A stretch of 64,000 nt of DNA from assembly GCA_964276515.1 (NCBI GenBank), contig OZ193909.1:7502001-7566000 (forward strand), given 5' to 3'. Positions 48,567 to 63,100 of this stretch are shown here, one piece after another (position 1 is the stretch's first letter; each line of letters begins with the position of its first letter). Position numbers and translations under genes: made by a program. The notes beneath the pieces were generated by a model. It was not told the DNA's origin. It worked only from the letters and a program-made list of their open reading frames with translations, and made no database searches. The DNA is from Gordius albopunctatus. Taxonomy: Eukaryota.

Positions 48567-51500
48567 CTTTTATTACTATTTTATCATTTTGAGAGGTTTT
48601 GTTTTTTAATACAAAAAAGAGAAGTTGCAACGTTGACATCTATCCTCCAATGAGAGATATTGAACCTTTCAGATTAACGGATTAGCGAAATTCCATAGCA
48701 TTTTAAGCGGGTCTTTAGAATTTCAAAATGAAGAGTAAATCCAAAATTTTGACATATTACGTATGGCATTGTATTTTTTAAAGTATAAGTGATGAGCTTA
48801 TGAGTTACTATCTGAAGTGTGCTAAAGTTAAGTTAAAATTTTAAAATTTCGATTGAATTAATATTTTAAATTCATTTAATAGATACATTAATTGCCATTA
48901 TAAAATTACAAAAAATGTGTAACTCCGAATATTAATCATTTAATTTTTTTATTATTTTGCTGAAATTATAACCTGAGATTATTAACATAAAAAGACTGTT
49001 TTCGCAAAAATAGCAACTTTATGATATAGGCTTTAAAAGTCCTGAGGCAATGATTTTTAAATTATATAATCGAAGTTTATTAGAATTTATGGTTTTAAGA
49101 TGACTATTTTTAGCCAGGACGAAAAAAAATTTTTTCAATGCAAAAAACCTTAAAAATTAAAGAAATTTAGGTTTTGCCCCACCCCCCCCCCCCCGATTGA
49201 ACTTTTAAACGCTTCGCCCCCCCCCTAATCCAAAACCTGTCTAGGCCCATGAACGCATACATTTTGACTTAAGATGTTAATATATCAGCGATGAGATTTA
49301 ATTTGCTATGTTTTTTAGGCAATTTAGGGCATTTAATTTAAACAATAACTGCCTCTTTAGGGAAAATTAAATTGCTATATAATCTATTTGAAAGGTAATT
49401 CCAGTTAAAATAATAAATTGAACATGATTTAAACATGGTTTTCATAAATTTAAAATTTATAGTATTTAATAAAAAAAATTTAAACGTTAAAATTACTCTC
49501 GATTACATTAGAATTAATTGGGCGCAAGACGACAGATAACTTTATAAATTATTTGTATAATTTAACTGAGGGCTAAGAAAAGGACAAACCCTACTCCTAT
49601 TCTTAGGATGACCACTTGTGAATCTACAATGAATTGCTACAATATTTAGGATTTCGAACGCCTATAAATTTTGATAATTACCTAGGCGGGGACAAAAACG
49701 CAAAATTAATATACCATTATAATAGCAGGGCCGTCATTAATAATTAACGGTGCATTTGGATTTATTATAAACCCCTCGCCTTTTTACGATAATAAAAAGG
49801 TCAAGAGAGGGTCCATTTAATTAAGCGGAATATAAGATCAGATGGGTTGGGGGGGGGGCTAGATGGGCATGACTGTAACCTTGAGTTCTATTTTGAGTAA
49901 GAAGTGGTATCGGGGGATTAATTAATTAAATTTTGACATTCCTTATATATTATTAATAGTCTGGAGACAGTAGAATTCACCTTTCGTTGCATATATAGAT
50001 ATTTAAAATATTGGCTTTAGAGTTAGGGGGCGAATTTGTTGCACTAGCCGATTTTCCCTAATAATTTTTGAGTATCGAAAAAATCTCAACGTTTACCAAA
50101 GTGTGACAACAAAAGAAACTACATTTTTGAAAGTTATTTTGGTGTTAAATAACATTTTTAGACTACTTATGAACTCAAATTGCATTTTAATAGATTTGTT
50201 GAAGTTCATGGATATATTTTTAGTGAGTGTCATTTTGGAACTCAGAATTCAAATGAATTTATAAGAATGAGATTTTCCCAGAATGCTAGAGAATTTTTTA
50301 CACACAATTTTAGTTTTGAGTTAAAATTTCTTTATTATCCAAAATGCTCTTTCTGCTAAAAGTTAGGCGACTAGAAGATGACTTTGATCCCGTACCAACT
50401 TATTATTACATAAAAATTCTCATTATTTTGAAAAATTGCAACTTTTAAACATCATACCCGTTAATTTCTCAGAACCCATTAATTTCTCAGAAATTAGACG
50501 CCAAACCTCGAACAAGCAATTAGTTAAACGGAAAACAATATTGATTGGGTTTTCTATCGCGTAAAAATTTATTGGTTTACATTGCCTCTCCTCCCCCAAA
50601 AAATATCGGCAATTGATATCATTCGCCAATTCCCCATTACACCCCAAATATTTTTGAGTAGAACGTTTTATAAACTAAATTAATGTCGGGGGCAAGGATG
50701 TGTGGAAACTATGAGCAGCCGCAAAAGATTTACCCAACACCAACCCTTGCCTGTATCGAGGCGCACATATTGGCACGGTGTCTTAAAATGAATTTTTATG
50801 ATCAATTTACTCTAGTTTGGATATAAATTGTACCCAGTACCCCCCCCCCTCCAAAAAAATAATAAATATGTTGCAGTTTCAAGGTTCTTTTAAATAAATT
50901 TTAATCAGGAATTATTTATGATTGCCATTATTCGTACGAAATTCCCGCTTAAAATTATCGTTTTTTGCCACAAATTCTATACATGATAGGCAATTATTGT
51001 CAAACTTTGAATCTTCGATTAAATTTTTTTAATATTTAAAAATCAATAAGTATAATCATTGATAAAGTACCATTATATTGAGTAATTGTAACCCTGTTTC
51101 GAGCAACGACTGAATATACCCAACCATGTTTAGTGCCGTGTATTGGCGAAATGGGATAAACGATCCTGTTAAATTTTTTCTTGCCTTAGATGGAGTAGAA
51201 TTTGATAACTTAAACGTCATTTGGTGCTCATTCTCCTTACATAACATAACAGTTCAGAATACATTTTTTTGGTGTTTATTAAATGACCTAAAAAATTTAA
51301 ATGCAATTTAAAGTGCATTACTGGTTAAATTACCTTACTGTTTTGGATGAAATTTTTGCATTTAATTTGCTGTAAACTTATTAACGGTGACCTAAAAGAT
51401 GTTATATTCAGGCAAAGTTTGCTATAAACCTTAAATTTATAAGCACAGCAATAATTTTGAGACATATATTCACACAGGCGTAGCCAGGATAGGGTTAGGG

Positions 51501-54500
51501 TGGAGGCGAAAATTGTGAACAATTGTTCAATCAAATACAAATGGTAAATTATAGGATAAATTTATATTCATTACAATATAAATATACTCTTATCAATTAT
51601 GAAAGTTTATATTCAATTATTTAATATAATTAGATATTTCAAAAAATAGATGTAATGAAAATTATCCAAAATTAAGATTTTTTTAAAAATATATATAAAT
51701 TTTAAATGCGACTACAACTTAAGCACAATGGAATATGTATTTGTCTCAGTCAAACAAACAATAAATATTTAATTTTAAATACTTATTTAATATCACAAAG
51801 TTAAAAACGTTTTGCTTTTAAAAGATATTACCCAAAAAGGTTATCAATACACTACACATGGGATTATCACTTAGAGGATTTAGAGAAAACAGCCTAAGTT
51901 ATGAAAATGTATAATGAAAGCCGTTATAAGCCTTAAAATATTAATAGGATGCTTTTAAAGGCTATTTTTTAATAAGGCCTTATCACCAGCAACGGTTGTA
52001 AATAATTTTATCATATTGTTAGGACACGATGACTTAATACCGTCCTATATTAATAACATTCTTTATAAATGTGTACCACCCTTCCATTTATATACGATGG
52101 CCATCCGCAAATTTAATATCTAATAATTTATTAATAGTTTATAAGTACAAAACAAATCATTAAGCAAAATTATATAAAGTTAAGACAAAGCTTTTAATGC
52201 ATTTATTAATTATTTAAGTTGGGTTTAGTGACATTATAAGATTTCAAAATAAAGTAAAATCCAGTTTAATTAAATGGTTTTAAACCACTTTATTTTGATT
52301 GATAAATTTTATAAAACCTGATAAAATGATAGAGTTACCTCTTTTTAATGATAAATAATTAATTTTAATATGTTTGAAGTGTTAGACAAAACAAATAAAA
52401 GTCAAACATATAGAGCCCTTGCTTTATCAAGTTGAAGGGATATGGGTAGTTAAAATGTGTTTTTAATAACAAAAATAATTTGTTATAAACCTATCAATCA
52501 AATTCTGCTTATAGATTTCTTATAATTATAAATGAAAGACTAAATTAACATGTAACTCTTAAATAATTTAATAAGTAGCTTTTTTGTTGGCTCATATTTA
52601 TTAGTAAAAGTTTCAGAATCTAAAACATTGCTTAATCGTCTTATTAATCTTGGAAAAAACCGAGAAAACTATGTGTTTTAAGTTAATAGTAGGTTCCATT
52701 ATGCGTTGTAAATTGCTTGTAATCATAAAGGCTTATTCTAATCGCCTAAAAATTAACAATTTATATTTCTTTGGATTCTGTATTGAGGGCCAAAAATTGT
52801 TATAGTCTTTTAAGAAATTAATTAAAAAATCTAAGTTTGGTCAAATCATCCTCTTAAACTATCAATTTGTTTTAAATTAATTTAACCCCCTACGAATTCA
52901 ATTAAGATTTAATCGTAATTAAATAACGGTAGACAAATTCTATTAGACAAATTTTATGAAGTTCACAAATAATGGATTTTGCCTAGGTTTTCATAAAATA
53001 TGGCAAGGATTTTGCAAATTTTAATAGAATGTTCGACGCACTAACATTAAATTGCCATGGATGATTTTTAGGAGGCTAATTGAATCTCACTATTTGAAAT
53101 TTTAATATTAATAAGTTTTTAAAATAAATTTTTTAATCAAAATAATTGAAAAAAATCATACATGCACATTGAAACGTAAAGCGTCAAACATAAAAAAATG
53201 CAAAATTACCTTATCGAGATAGTCGTCTAAAAGTGAGTATATATGGCAAAGGTTTTAAATTTATATTTGACAATAAAAATTCCAAGTTTTTGTTTATTAC
53301 AAAAGATGAGGAATGTATTGACCGCCAAGAACATCTTCTTAACTTCATAAAAAATGCTAAAGAATGCGTACCAAAGGTATTACCCTGGAATAAAATATAG
53401 GCACACGTTTTGGAAGTATTGTTTTTTGCTTCTTGGTTACATATAGAGATTTAAAATTATCGATGAAGGAGGCGAAAAATTGATCACAAATTTAACTTAA
53501 GAGGCAAAGGATCCCAGGATAAAGGGAAGATCAAGAAATCCATGAGCTCTAAGTTGGATGGATACTTTGCCTTAAGAGCCTTTAGATTAATGACATGGGG
53601 TTTCGTTTGTTTTAGATATTTACATTTTTTGCACTATAAATAACTTGCAGTTGTGGCAGGTGAATGACTTTGATTATTTGACACCTGTCTAATTATGATG
53701 GAATTTAAAGTTTTAAATTATTCAAATATCAGCCCCTTGGATAGACTAGAATATACTTCTGATTAATAGAAAACGACTTTATTTAAACATTCAGGGACTT
53801 ATAATACTATAATCATATTCACAAAAATTGGATGCAAGTTTAATGCCCGATTCGTTGCCTACCTTCATCTGACATGCGATGCCAAATAGCTTTGCATCTG
53901 AAGTCATTAGCTTTTGATCAACCCTGTAGTGAATTGCTAGAGGATTGCCCTAGCAAGGTTTCTGGAATGCGTTTGGAGAACTCGATATTGTTGTTTAATA
54001 TAGCGCTCCTCATGGGTTGCATATATACGCCACCCTATTCCTGTCGGTTTTGCAATTTCCTTTTAGACGAGAAAGCGCGTCATCCTCTGCATCTTAAAAT
54101 GAATAAAGGCAGTTATAGTAGGTACGAAAAAATTTTAACATTGTTACAAGCTGCCCTCAACCGGCGTTACCTCCATTCTTGAACTGTCAGATCCATCTCT
54201 TAGAGTACTGATGCGTTCTCATATGTCTTCACTCGTTCCACGAGACAAAGGCTTGTTTGTAAAAGGGGACCACACTTGAATCGATCTTTTCTCTTACGAT
54301 ACTCATGATCTCGTAGGATCGGTGGAGCATAGTAAATTATTATAGTTCTGCTTTATTAGGAACCTCTATATATTCCCATTGATTCGTCGTGCTCCGAAAC
54401 ATTCGTGAAGAGTGCTTTAACTTTTTTTAAAAACTTAATAAAAGCTAACCTTTCTCGAAAATATTTATTAGTTTTTACTCATGCATTCAAACGCCATGCT

Positions 54501-57153
54501 TTAGCAAAATAAATTTTGATGGATTCAATGACCATCCTGAAAAAAGATCAAGAAACTGACTATGCTTTTTAATCATTATATTTATTTATTTTCGTTTTAA
54601 TATGTTTTTTTTAATTTCAATATATATTTATTTCTTTTTCATTAAAAAACTTTAATTTTTATTTTTGAAACTGCGAGTAACATTGCTTACACCAAGATAA
54701 TTTAAAAGTAATATGATTTGCAATTCAAAAAGTGAGATAAAAGAGACTACGAGCGAATCTCTAAAGTACCCGATTTAGTTGGTAATGAAGCTTGTAGGTA
54801 GATTGAGTATAAAATTTGATGATTAAAATAGCATTTAGTATTAAGATTTTCTTATAAAGACAAAGGAAATTATATTTAATATTGAATAATATAATCATTT
54901 CACAACTTAGTCTCTAAATTTATACTATGAGTGCCTACAATAGTTTCTGGTGTCTTGTTCAATGGCAGACATGGCTGTTAACCCGTATGTCACATTTGAT
55001 TTGATGAACTATAATAGCATCGTAATAGAGTCCAGGGTTTCGTGGAGTTTAACGCTTCTAGTTGTGATGACTGGTGCTGCATTTTGCGAACTACGCCTAC
55101 TTCCCTTTTAGGCGATTATTTTGATCAAGTTTTATGATAAGTTGGCTAGGAACACTTTTTGAACAAATTATGGGCACTGAGATGGATGGCTTTTATTAGG
55201 TTTAGGGAGCTTATCCTTTGGTTTGCCCCCCCCCCCCCCCTTGTTACTAGCAAGTTGAGATTTGTCTTTATCGGAAATGTAAGTTTATAATTACAAGTTT
55301 GTAAACACAACCCCCCCCCTTTTATCGTATAAGGCAGTTACGAAAAACCTATTAGAAGACAGATCTAGAAAATGATCGTGAACTAAATAGCCCATCAAAC
55401 AAAAAATATCTGAGATCCCAATTATGTCTTCCAACAAACGATGTATGCCATCGGATACTTATGTCCCGACACGTTACATGAGGAAAAAATCTGATGTATG
55501 TCGATGACTCAGGTTCGCAGATCCTGCCGACAATGAACATGCTACTTGCTAGCCGTCAACATATTCAGAAAAAGTTATCTCGAAGAACATAATATTGTGG
55601 ATAGATTATGTATGCACCCACATCCCTTCGTTCCCCCTTTTGATCCCTATATAGACCTTGTTTATAAAGTGCACGTTATTAATTGTGTATGCGATATTAA
55701 TTATATACCCTGTTTCTTGTTTACTGGTCAGCTATTATTATGATGCAACTCTTTACGAGTTATTTCACCCTGTTTTTTAGCTTGCAAATACCAACTGTTA
55801 GAAAAAAGTAGAGAGATATTGATTACGATAATTCTTCTTATGCGATAAAATTTTTCTTTTGGCTGATGGGTGCCAATTGTACATTATTAAGTGTAAGTAA
55901 GAGATATAACTATTAAACCTTCGAATACAATTTTTATCATATTTGGATGCAATGATAAAGGTGACAAGACAGAAATCTCGTCAGTTCGCCTTTTATATTT
56001 GTATTGTAGATACAAGAGGTAATCTCTTGCCACTTTGACCTACAGCCTATAACACCTTTGCGAATAAACATACTTAATAGTTAAGGAGGACCGAAAGGGG
56101 ATGATGTAAGTAAAGTGGAAAGGATTACGGATAGCTGAAATTTTTACTTTATAATTTATGAAATAGGCGACTTTATTTATTCCGAATTAACAAATAATAT
56201 ATACAAATTTACAAATAAAATGGGGTTTCACAAAAGGAGGGGTTTGCGATTGGGAAATGTATAACAATTAATTTTTGATAAGGGATTTGGTATCATTAGC
56301 CATTGTTTTCCCCCCTGAGTGATAGGCTTGATTGAACGATCGATGTTCTGAGGATTTGATAGCAGATGTAAGTGGCGTACTAGAAAAAGAAAAAGTAATT
56401 AAAAAATGGCGTCAAAGAATTTAGTCACTTCCGCGTATAGGCTAACCCTCGTTGAAATTGTTTTGACCTATTCCCTTTTTTATTACAAAGATTACAGCCA
56501 TTCCTAAACCCTTTTTACGTTTTATACATAAAAAAGATCTTAATATACCGTGTAATAATTAAAAACGTCTTGGTATACCACATGGATACCACAATAGTGT
56601 CGCAGCCTAGCATAAGGATGCAGTCAAAAAAATTAAGATGTGTTTGGAAGATAAATCCTAAAATTGGCATCGAAGGTTTAGTGTCCAAAATTGAAGAAAA
56701 TTGGCGCAAAACATAATATGATTCAGAATTCGGATTTCTTTGGAAAAACAGGCCGGATGGCGATTCTGATATAAGTCGACTAAATTAGATGCCTTGACAT
56801 TAAGGGTTAGGGATTCAAATCATTCACCTTGATATTTTGCCCAAATGTTGGACATTGTAATTGGGGTTTACATTTTTTGAAAAGAGATATATTATTTAAT
56901 TATGATTTACTTATGCAGCGTACGTTCTGATTTAGAAGAACACTTTTTAATGCAAATTATTAATCGGTAAAAAAATAAAAGTCTATTCTGTAATGTATTA
57001 TTTTGTAGGTTATAAATTTTTGGTATATATAATTTATATATATATTTATTAGTAATAATGACAATAGTGCATTCAACGGCCTGCATTTCTACGTGACAAG
57101 AATCTAGCTATTTTGTTTAATTTTTGATGAAAAGCCTTTAATTCAAATGCCAT

Positions 57154-60100
57154 ATGGATCGTGTGGTAAAAAAAGTAAACCGCGCTAAGCGTGAAGTTAG
57201 AAGTGGTATGTTTGAATTTTTTTATAATTAATTATGATAATTATTTATTTTAGAGCTCAATTTTCCGGGCGGCTGGAGTTTTAATCATTACGCAGATAAA
57301 TTTAATCCATTAAAATCAATCAATGACACGTGTGAAAGAGCTGATGGTCGATTTTTAAGCAAAGAAGAATTTATTGAAAAGTTTGAAAAACCAAATAAAC
57401 CTGTTGTTTTGACTCATTTGACGGATAATTGGCTAGCTCAACAGAAATGGTCCCCAGAAGTAATCTTTATATAATCCTGGTGATAATTTATATTTACATA
57501 GATATTGATATTTTTATAAAAGTACCTTAATAGAAAATAATCATTGAATATTTATATATATAATAATATTTATCATCTCAATATTTTTATTATAGAATTG
57601 AAACATTTTATTCCAGCACAACTACATAATTAAGATAAACTTAAGTGTCTCACCAGACAATTTAGCAATTTTTTCAAATACATATTTTTAATTTATACTA
57701 TTCTGTTATTTAAACAGCGTTAAAATTTAATTTAAAAATTAAATTGTTTTCTATAGAGTTAAAAAAAACTAGTTTCAGTCTGACTTCAAAAAAACTCAAT
57801 CAATTCCTCAATTTAAACATTTTTTTACATTTAAATGCTAATCAAGATTTCCCAATGTACAAGTTTTTTTTATCTCTATAGTAGTTTTAATAGTTTTTAA
57901 AATTTAATAAAAACTTATTTTAAAATGGTTTAATTAAATTTAAGCTGTTGTTATTATAATTGACAAATTTACTATAATTTTTGTGTTATTATTATTGTAT
58001 CCTGATCAAAAATTACTAAGTCTTAATAGAAACCTTGCTTTGATTTTTCTTGTTCCAAAGATCCACAAATATCTCTGATTTTTTTATTGTCATTCTTTAT
58101 AGTCTTAAAGATTAGAAAGCCTTAATTACTTATTTAATTTTTTGTATCCCAGTTAGCTTGTTATTTAGGGTTTGCCAGAAGCTTAACTTTCTTTTATCTC
58201 TAATATTAGAGCTTAAAAATCTGAGTTTTTACATTAAGATTACTTAAATCTTTGCATTTAATTTGAGCCCTTAAAAGCTATATTTTTAAAATAGGTTTGT
58301 ATATTTAGCCATTGATGGGTTAGACCGAATCTTTGGATGTGTACTTTTATTTGCTCAAATCATTTAAGTAAAAAAGTTATATTAATAATATTTTATAATT
58401 TAAGGCTAGCAGTATTTATTTTAAAAAAATTGACATCAATCTATAAGGCAAAAAATTGAGGCCATAAAAATTATTAATATCTAAACATGCATTTTTTTAA
58501 ATGTAGATATTTCAGTGGCAAATAAATTTCTATTTATAAATTAAAAAACTTTAATATTTCGTTATTTTATTATTTTTTTCTATTTAAAGCCCGCTAAAAA
58601 CTTTTTTATCAATAGGCTACAATTTTAATGCTTTGCCAAGTGTTGCTCTCTTAGTAATGGTGCAATAAATAAAATCGTCCCATCATTGACTTTTTTAATT
58701 TTTATTTACAACTTAGAATAATTTTAAAAGGCGCATTAATTCCTAGTGGCCAAGGTAAATCACAACATTTTATAAAACTACCATTATAATGGGCTTAAAA
58801 ACCTACCATTTTTTCTGGTCTAAAATAAAAAGAATGAGTCATTGAAAAATTTATCCATAAAAAATTAATATAACTCTACCAAAATTTATTACTATCTTTA
58901 TTTAAATAAGTAAGGATAATTTATCTAAACATAGATATTTATAAAACAAAAACACGTGACATTCATCTTAAAGAGGAAGCATGTCAATTTTTAGACGCAA
59001 AGATAAAGTATGTATGCAAGGAAATAATACTGATCAGAAATTTCAACCACCTTAATAATACAGTTAAATATTTAAACTGTAATATTTTTAATTCTGAAAG
59101 CCATCTTATACTTCAAACAAAAATAATTCTATGATAAGATTAAAAGTCAATTTGTACATGCATTGATATATTTCTTATAAGATGTATAGTCTTGTGTAAT
59201 AACTCCTAAAATCAACAAAGAGTTAAAACATAAAATTTATTTATATTACCTATAATTAATTATTTAAAAAGCTTGCATTAATCAAGATTCAAATTTATAA
59301 ACCATTACACATACATATATTATTATATTCCATAAAATCCAAAATATTTTTTGCAAAAAAGCTACATACTTTGGTTACTTTCACCTTTTCCTTTGTCTTG
59401 AAACTATTTAGTTCCTATTCCTAGTTAATTTTCAAAAATATCTTGTGCAGTTTCTTTTAAAAAAATGCTTTTTCACAGCTTTAGCTTTAAATGATAAAAG
59501 CATAATAATTTATTTTGATATGTGTTATTTTATATAAGCTTCATCTTATAATTAAAAAAATGTTTTTGTCTTAATCATATTTCCCTATAGTATAGTTGAG
59601 AATGTTTTATACTTATTTTGTTTTTTAACATTTTACATTAGAATTTTTAAGGTTATTCTTATCATTATATTTAAGCTAAGTTTCTCGTATACACCCTCCT
59701 TAATAATGTATGAGATCATTCCATTAACTCCCAACACCTGATTGCAATTAAGCACTGGCTAAGCTTAGCCAACAGATGCAACCACAGCGATTTTTTGGCG
59801 TGTTTTTCCAAAACAGCTCGAAATTTGTAACATAGTGTCGTTGACTCTTCTGGCCATACATCAGCGTTGATTAAACTAGCTGAAGAAAGTTTTTGGTTTA
59901 GCGTTTAGTTTAGACGCAGAGATGATAATGTCATTGCTGATGAGAGTGAAGATTTACTACACTATGTTAACCTTGACTTGAGAACTAGCTGTCATTTTTC
60001 TTACTCTCTCGCGCATTACAACGCTATTACCCCATCGCGCGTTCCTTTACCTCTCCCAGGCTCAGTTGTTCCCCTCTTGATTTTAGCATTGATTTTTTAA

Positions 60101-63100
60101 AAACTTTTTCAGGGTTTTTCTCGCATCTATGGATCCTATGGATCAATTGCTTCTCCTAGAAGGTTGACGCGCTAATTAGATTTTTTTATTATTATTTGAG
60201 GAATCGCTTTTATTAAGTCATAAATATTTTCTTCATTTCTTAAAACCGCGATTCCCGTCAAGCTTTTAGCATGTTTAAAACTTCTTTACACCAAAACTAA
60301 ATGCTGCCCTATCAGGTTTGACAATTAAAAAAGCTTTGCAGAATAAGTTGTTGATAAAGATGAGTGAATAAAATCGGCGATTATTTAATAAAATAATAAC
60401 GCTTCCGCTCGAAATTATTTTAAAATCATTCTCAATTGATTTTGCTAAGGACCTGGCCCATGTTAGCATACGTGCCAAAGAGACATAAGGCAAATTAGGC
60501 ACTTGAGCAAAAAATTTTTTTGCTTTAATAGTAATTTAAAAATGTGCTTTTATTAAAACGCCTATTTATTGTTTTTATGGTAGAAATTAGTGAAGAAGTA
60601 TCGAAATCAAAAGTTTAAATGCGGGGAAGATGATGATGGTTATAACGTTAAGCTCAAGATGAAGTACTACATCCCCTACTGCACGCACCTTTGTCACTTG
60701 GACGACAGTCCCATGTATATTTTTGATGGCAGTTTTGCTGATGTAATACCATACATACATATCTTGTTTTTACGAGTTTACATATTCTTTGACTTTTATA
60801 TTTGTAGTTAATTTGTTTAGGTTTTGTGTTGGTTGTCTTTATCTCATGCTTAAATTGTAAAATTTCCTTGTTTATATATTTGGTAGTTTTTAAAATTAGG
60901 CACTAGCCTAGATTTATTTGCGAAAGCTATGGATACCTACATTTTTGTATCTAATGGCCACTATGTTACTAAACATTAAATACATTTTTAATAATATAGC
61001 ATAAAAATGATAGCCTTTTGAATGGCGTCTATTCATATTAATTTCCAAGCTCACTCAAAACAAAAGTTTTTAAAATATAAAGTTATTTTCTATATAATAA
61101 AGAAATTTTTAAATTGTGTGTAAACGACCCAAGATTTTCCCCATTTTTATTGTAAAAGCAATCGGTATCAGATCGTCGAAACATTAATGTGTATGTTGTA
61201 TGCTAGCAAGCTAAGAAGCAGTCGCTGCTGCAAGATTACGAAGTTCCGAAATACTTTAGCGAAGATTTGTTCAAGTACACGAGCGAAAGGCGCAGGCCCC
61301 CTTATCGTTGGATAGTTATAGGACCGACTAGATCCGGGACGGGGATACACATTGACCCCTTGGGCACGTCGGCTTGGAATGCCTTGGTCAAGGGGCATAA
61401 ATGGTGACTCAATTTTTTTACAAGTTTAATGCTTCTGACCTCCTCTTTTTCGTTAATCCCTACTATTAACGAAGATTTAGTCTTAAATCTTATGGGGCCG
61501 TATTGATATTTTAAATATTCATATCAAGTAATATTTTGATTAATCAAGTTCTCTGTAAATTTTAAAAGTCGAATCCCGCCCTATTTTATCCTTCTCTCGA
61601 TTTTAGATTCGACTTTTGAATAACAATTTATATTCCGAGTGTCGCATCTAATCGATTTTGATTATGGAAAAAATCGTTAACTCTAAAACCTTAATAGTTT
61701 AATTCTTATTTAATTTATATTCTCAAACCACACCTTTCATATACCTTAATGGTGGGATTCTAAAAATTTTTTTATATAAATAATTGTCATACAACCGATT
61801 AATGGGGGGGGGGTCATATGTTAAAATCCAAAAAATAAGTGCGAAAGTATTTTCACCGCTACCAGTTTCCTCATGCAAAATCAATGCAACAAACTATTGG
61901 TCCTCTTGTACTATTCAAACAACTCTACGACATGGTTAATTTTTTTATAGACTTTGATAATTCGTTGTTAGTCTCTTTTGTAAACATCTCGATTTATCCT
62001 CGTACATCAATGGCCATCATAGTATATGACCCTGTGCTGTGCGTGATTTTTTAAGGTGGTGCCTCTTTCCACCATCCACGCCTAAGCAATTGTTGAAGGT
62101 TAAATCGGCGGAGAGTAAGAAGAGTAAGGGCGAAGCCATAACCTGGTTCGACATCATATACCCGCGCACAAAACGACCTGATTGGCCCGCACAATACCCA
62201 CGGGTAAGGGATCTTGTGCTTTTATTTCATCAATGATTTTCTATCTCGTCGAGTATTTCTGTTTCGCCAACACCTTTGTTTGTAAATTGCTCGAGTTTTT
62301 ACTACCACCTCCCTTTCCTTTTCCCAAAGAAAACTTCTACTTTTATATATTAAGTGAAATTTGTTCCAAAAACGACTTTGGGCAATTTATATCTATCGAT
62401 TTTTTGATCAACGACACTTTTGCCAGTTGAAATAGGGATCTTTATGGCAATGACCATAACGCTTTGCATATTATCTTAAGCTTGGGTTTTAATAAAAACT
62501 TTAGTCTTGATTATATAATCATACATTAAACGAGTTACTCGCTTCTCCCTCGAGCAAACTTTTTATTAACATTAATTTATCGCGGGGATCGTGATATTTT
62601 AAATTCATAAGAACCTTCACTCAAGCCGAGCCCTACTAACCTTTGGTTAAATAAAAAAGGTTAGAACTAATTTGTTGTTAATAATAACTTCTCTTTAATT
62701 ACTATGCATTTATATCTAAAGATGGAAATTTTGCAAAAACCGGGCGAAACCGTTTTCGTACCTTCGGGGTGGTGGCACGTCGTTATCAATTTGGATTTCA
62801 CGGTGGCCGTAACGCAAAATTTTGCTAGCACCACAAATTTTCCAATCGTTTGGGTCAAGACTGTCCGAGGTCGACCTCGCCTATCCAAAAAGTGGTACGA
62901 ATCGCTGAAGGTCAGTCAATGACATTTTTATAATTATGAAATTGCTTTGCGGTCACGGCCTTTACTTATTAACATCTTTTCACCTATATTTTTAAATTTC
63001 TAAAAAGACCTCGGCTATGTTTAGTCCACCCTTGATTTACCTAAACCTAACGGTCGAATTAAGACCAAAATGATCTGGCCTGTTTTTCAAATTTAAAGAA

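Noticed and set aside
55490..55510. LMYVDD as an RT active site
   Set aside because: No other RT motifs nearby and an in-frame stop just upstream; likely chance.
59725..60530. piggyBac-like element in JMJD6 intron 2
   Set aside because: Composition suggests an insertion, but I could not find matching TIRs, a TTAA TSD pair or transposase motifs.
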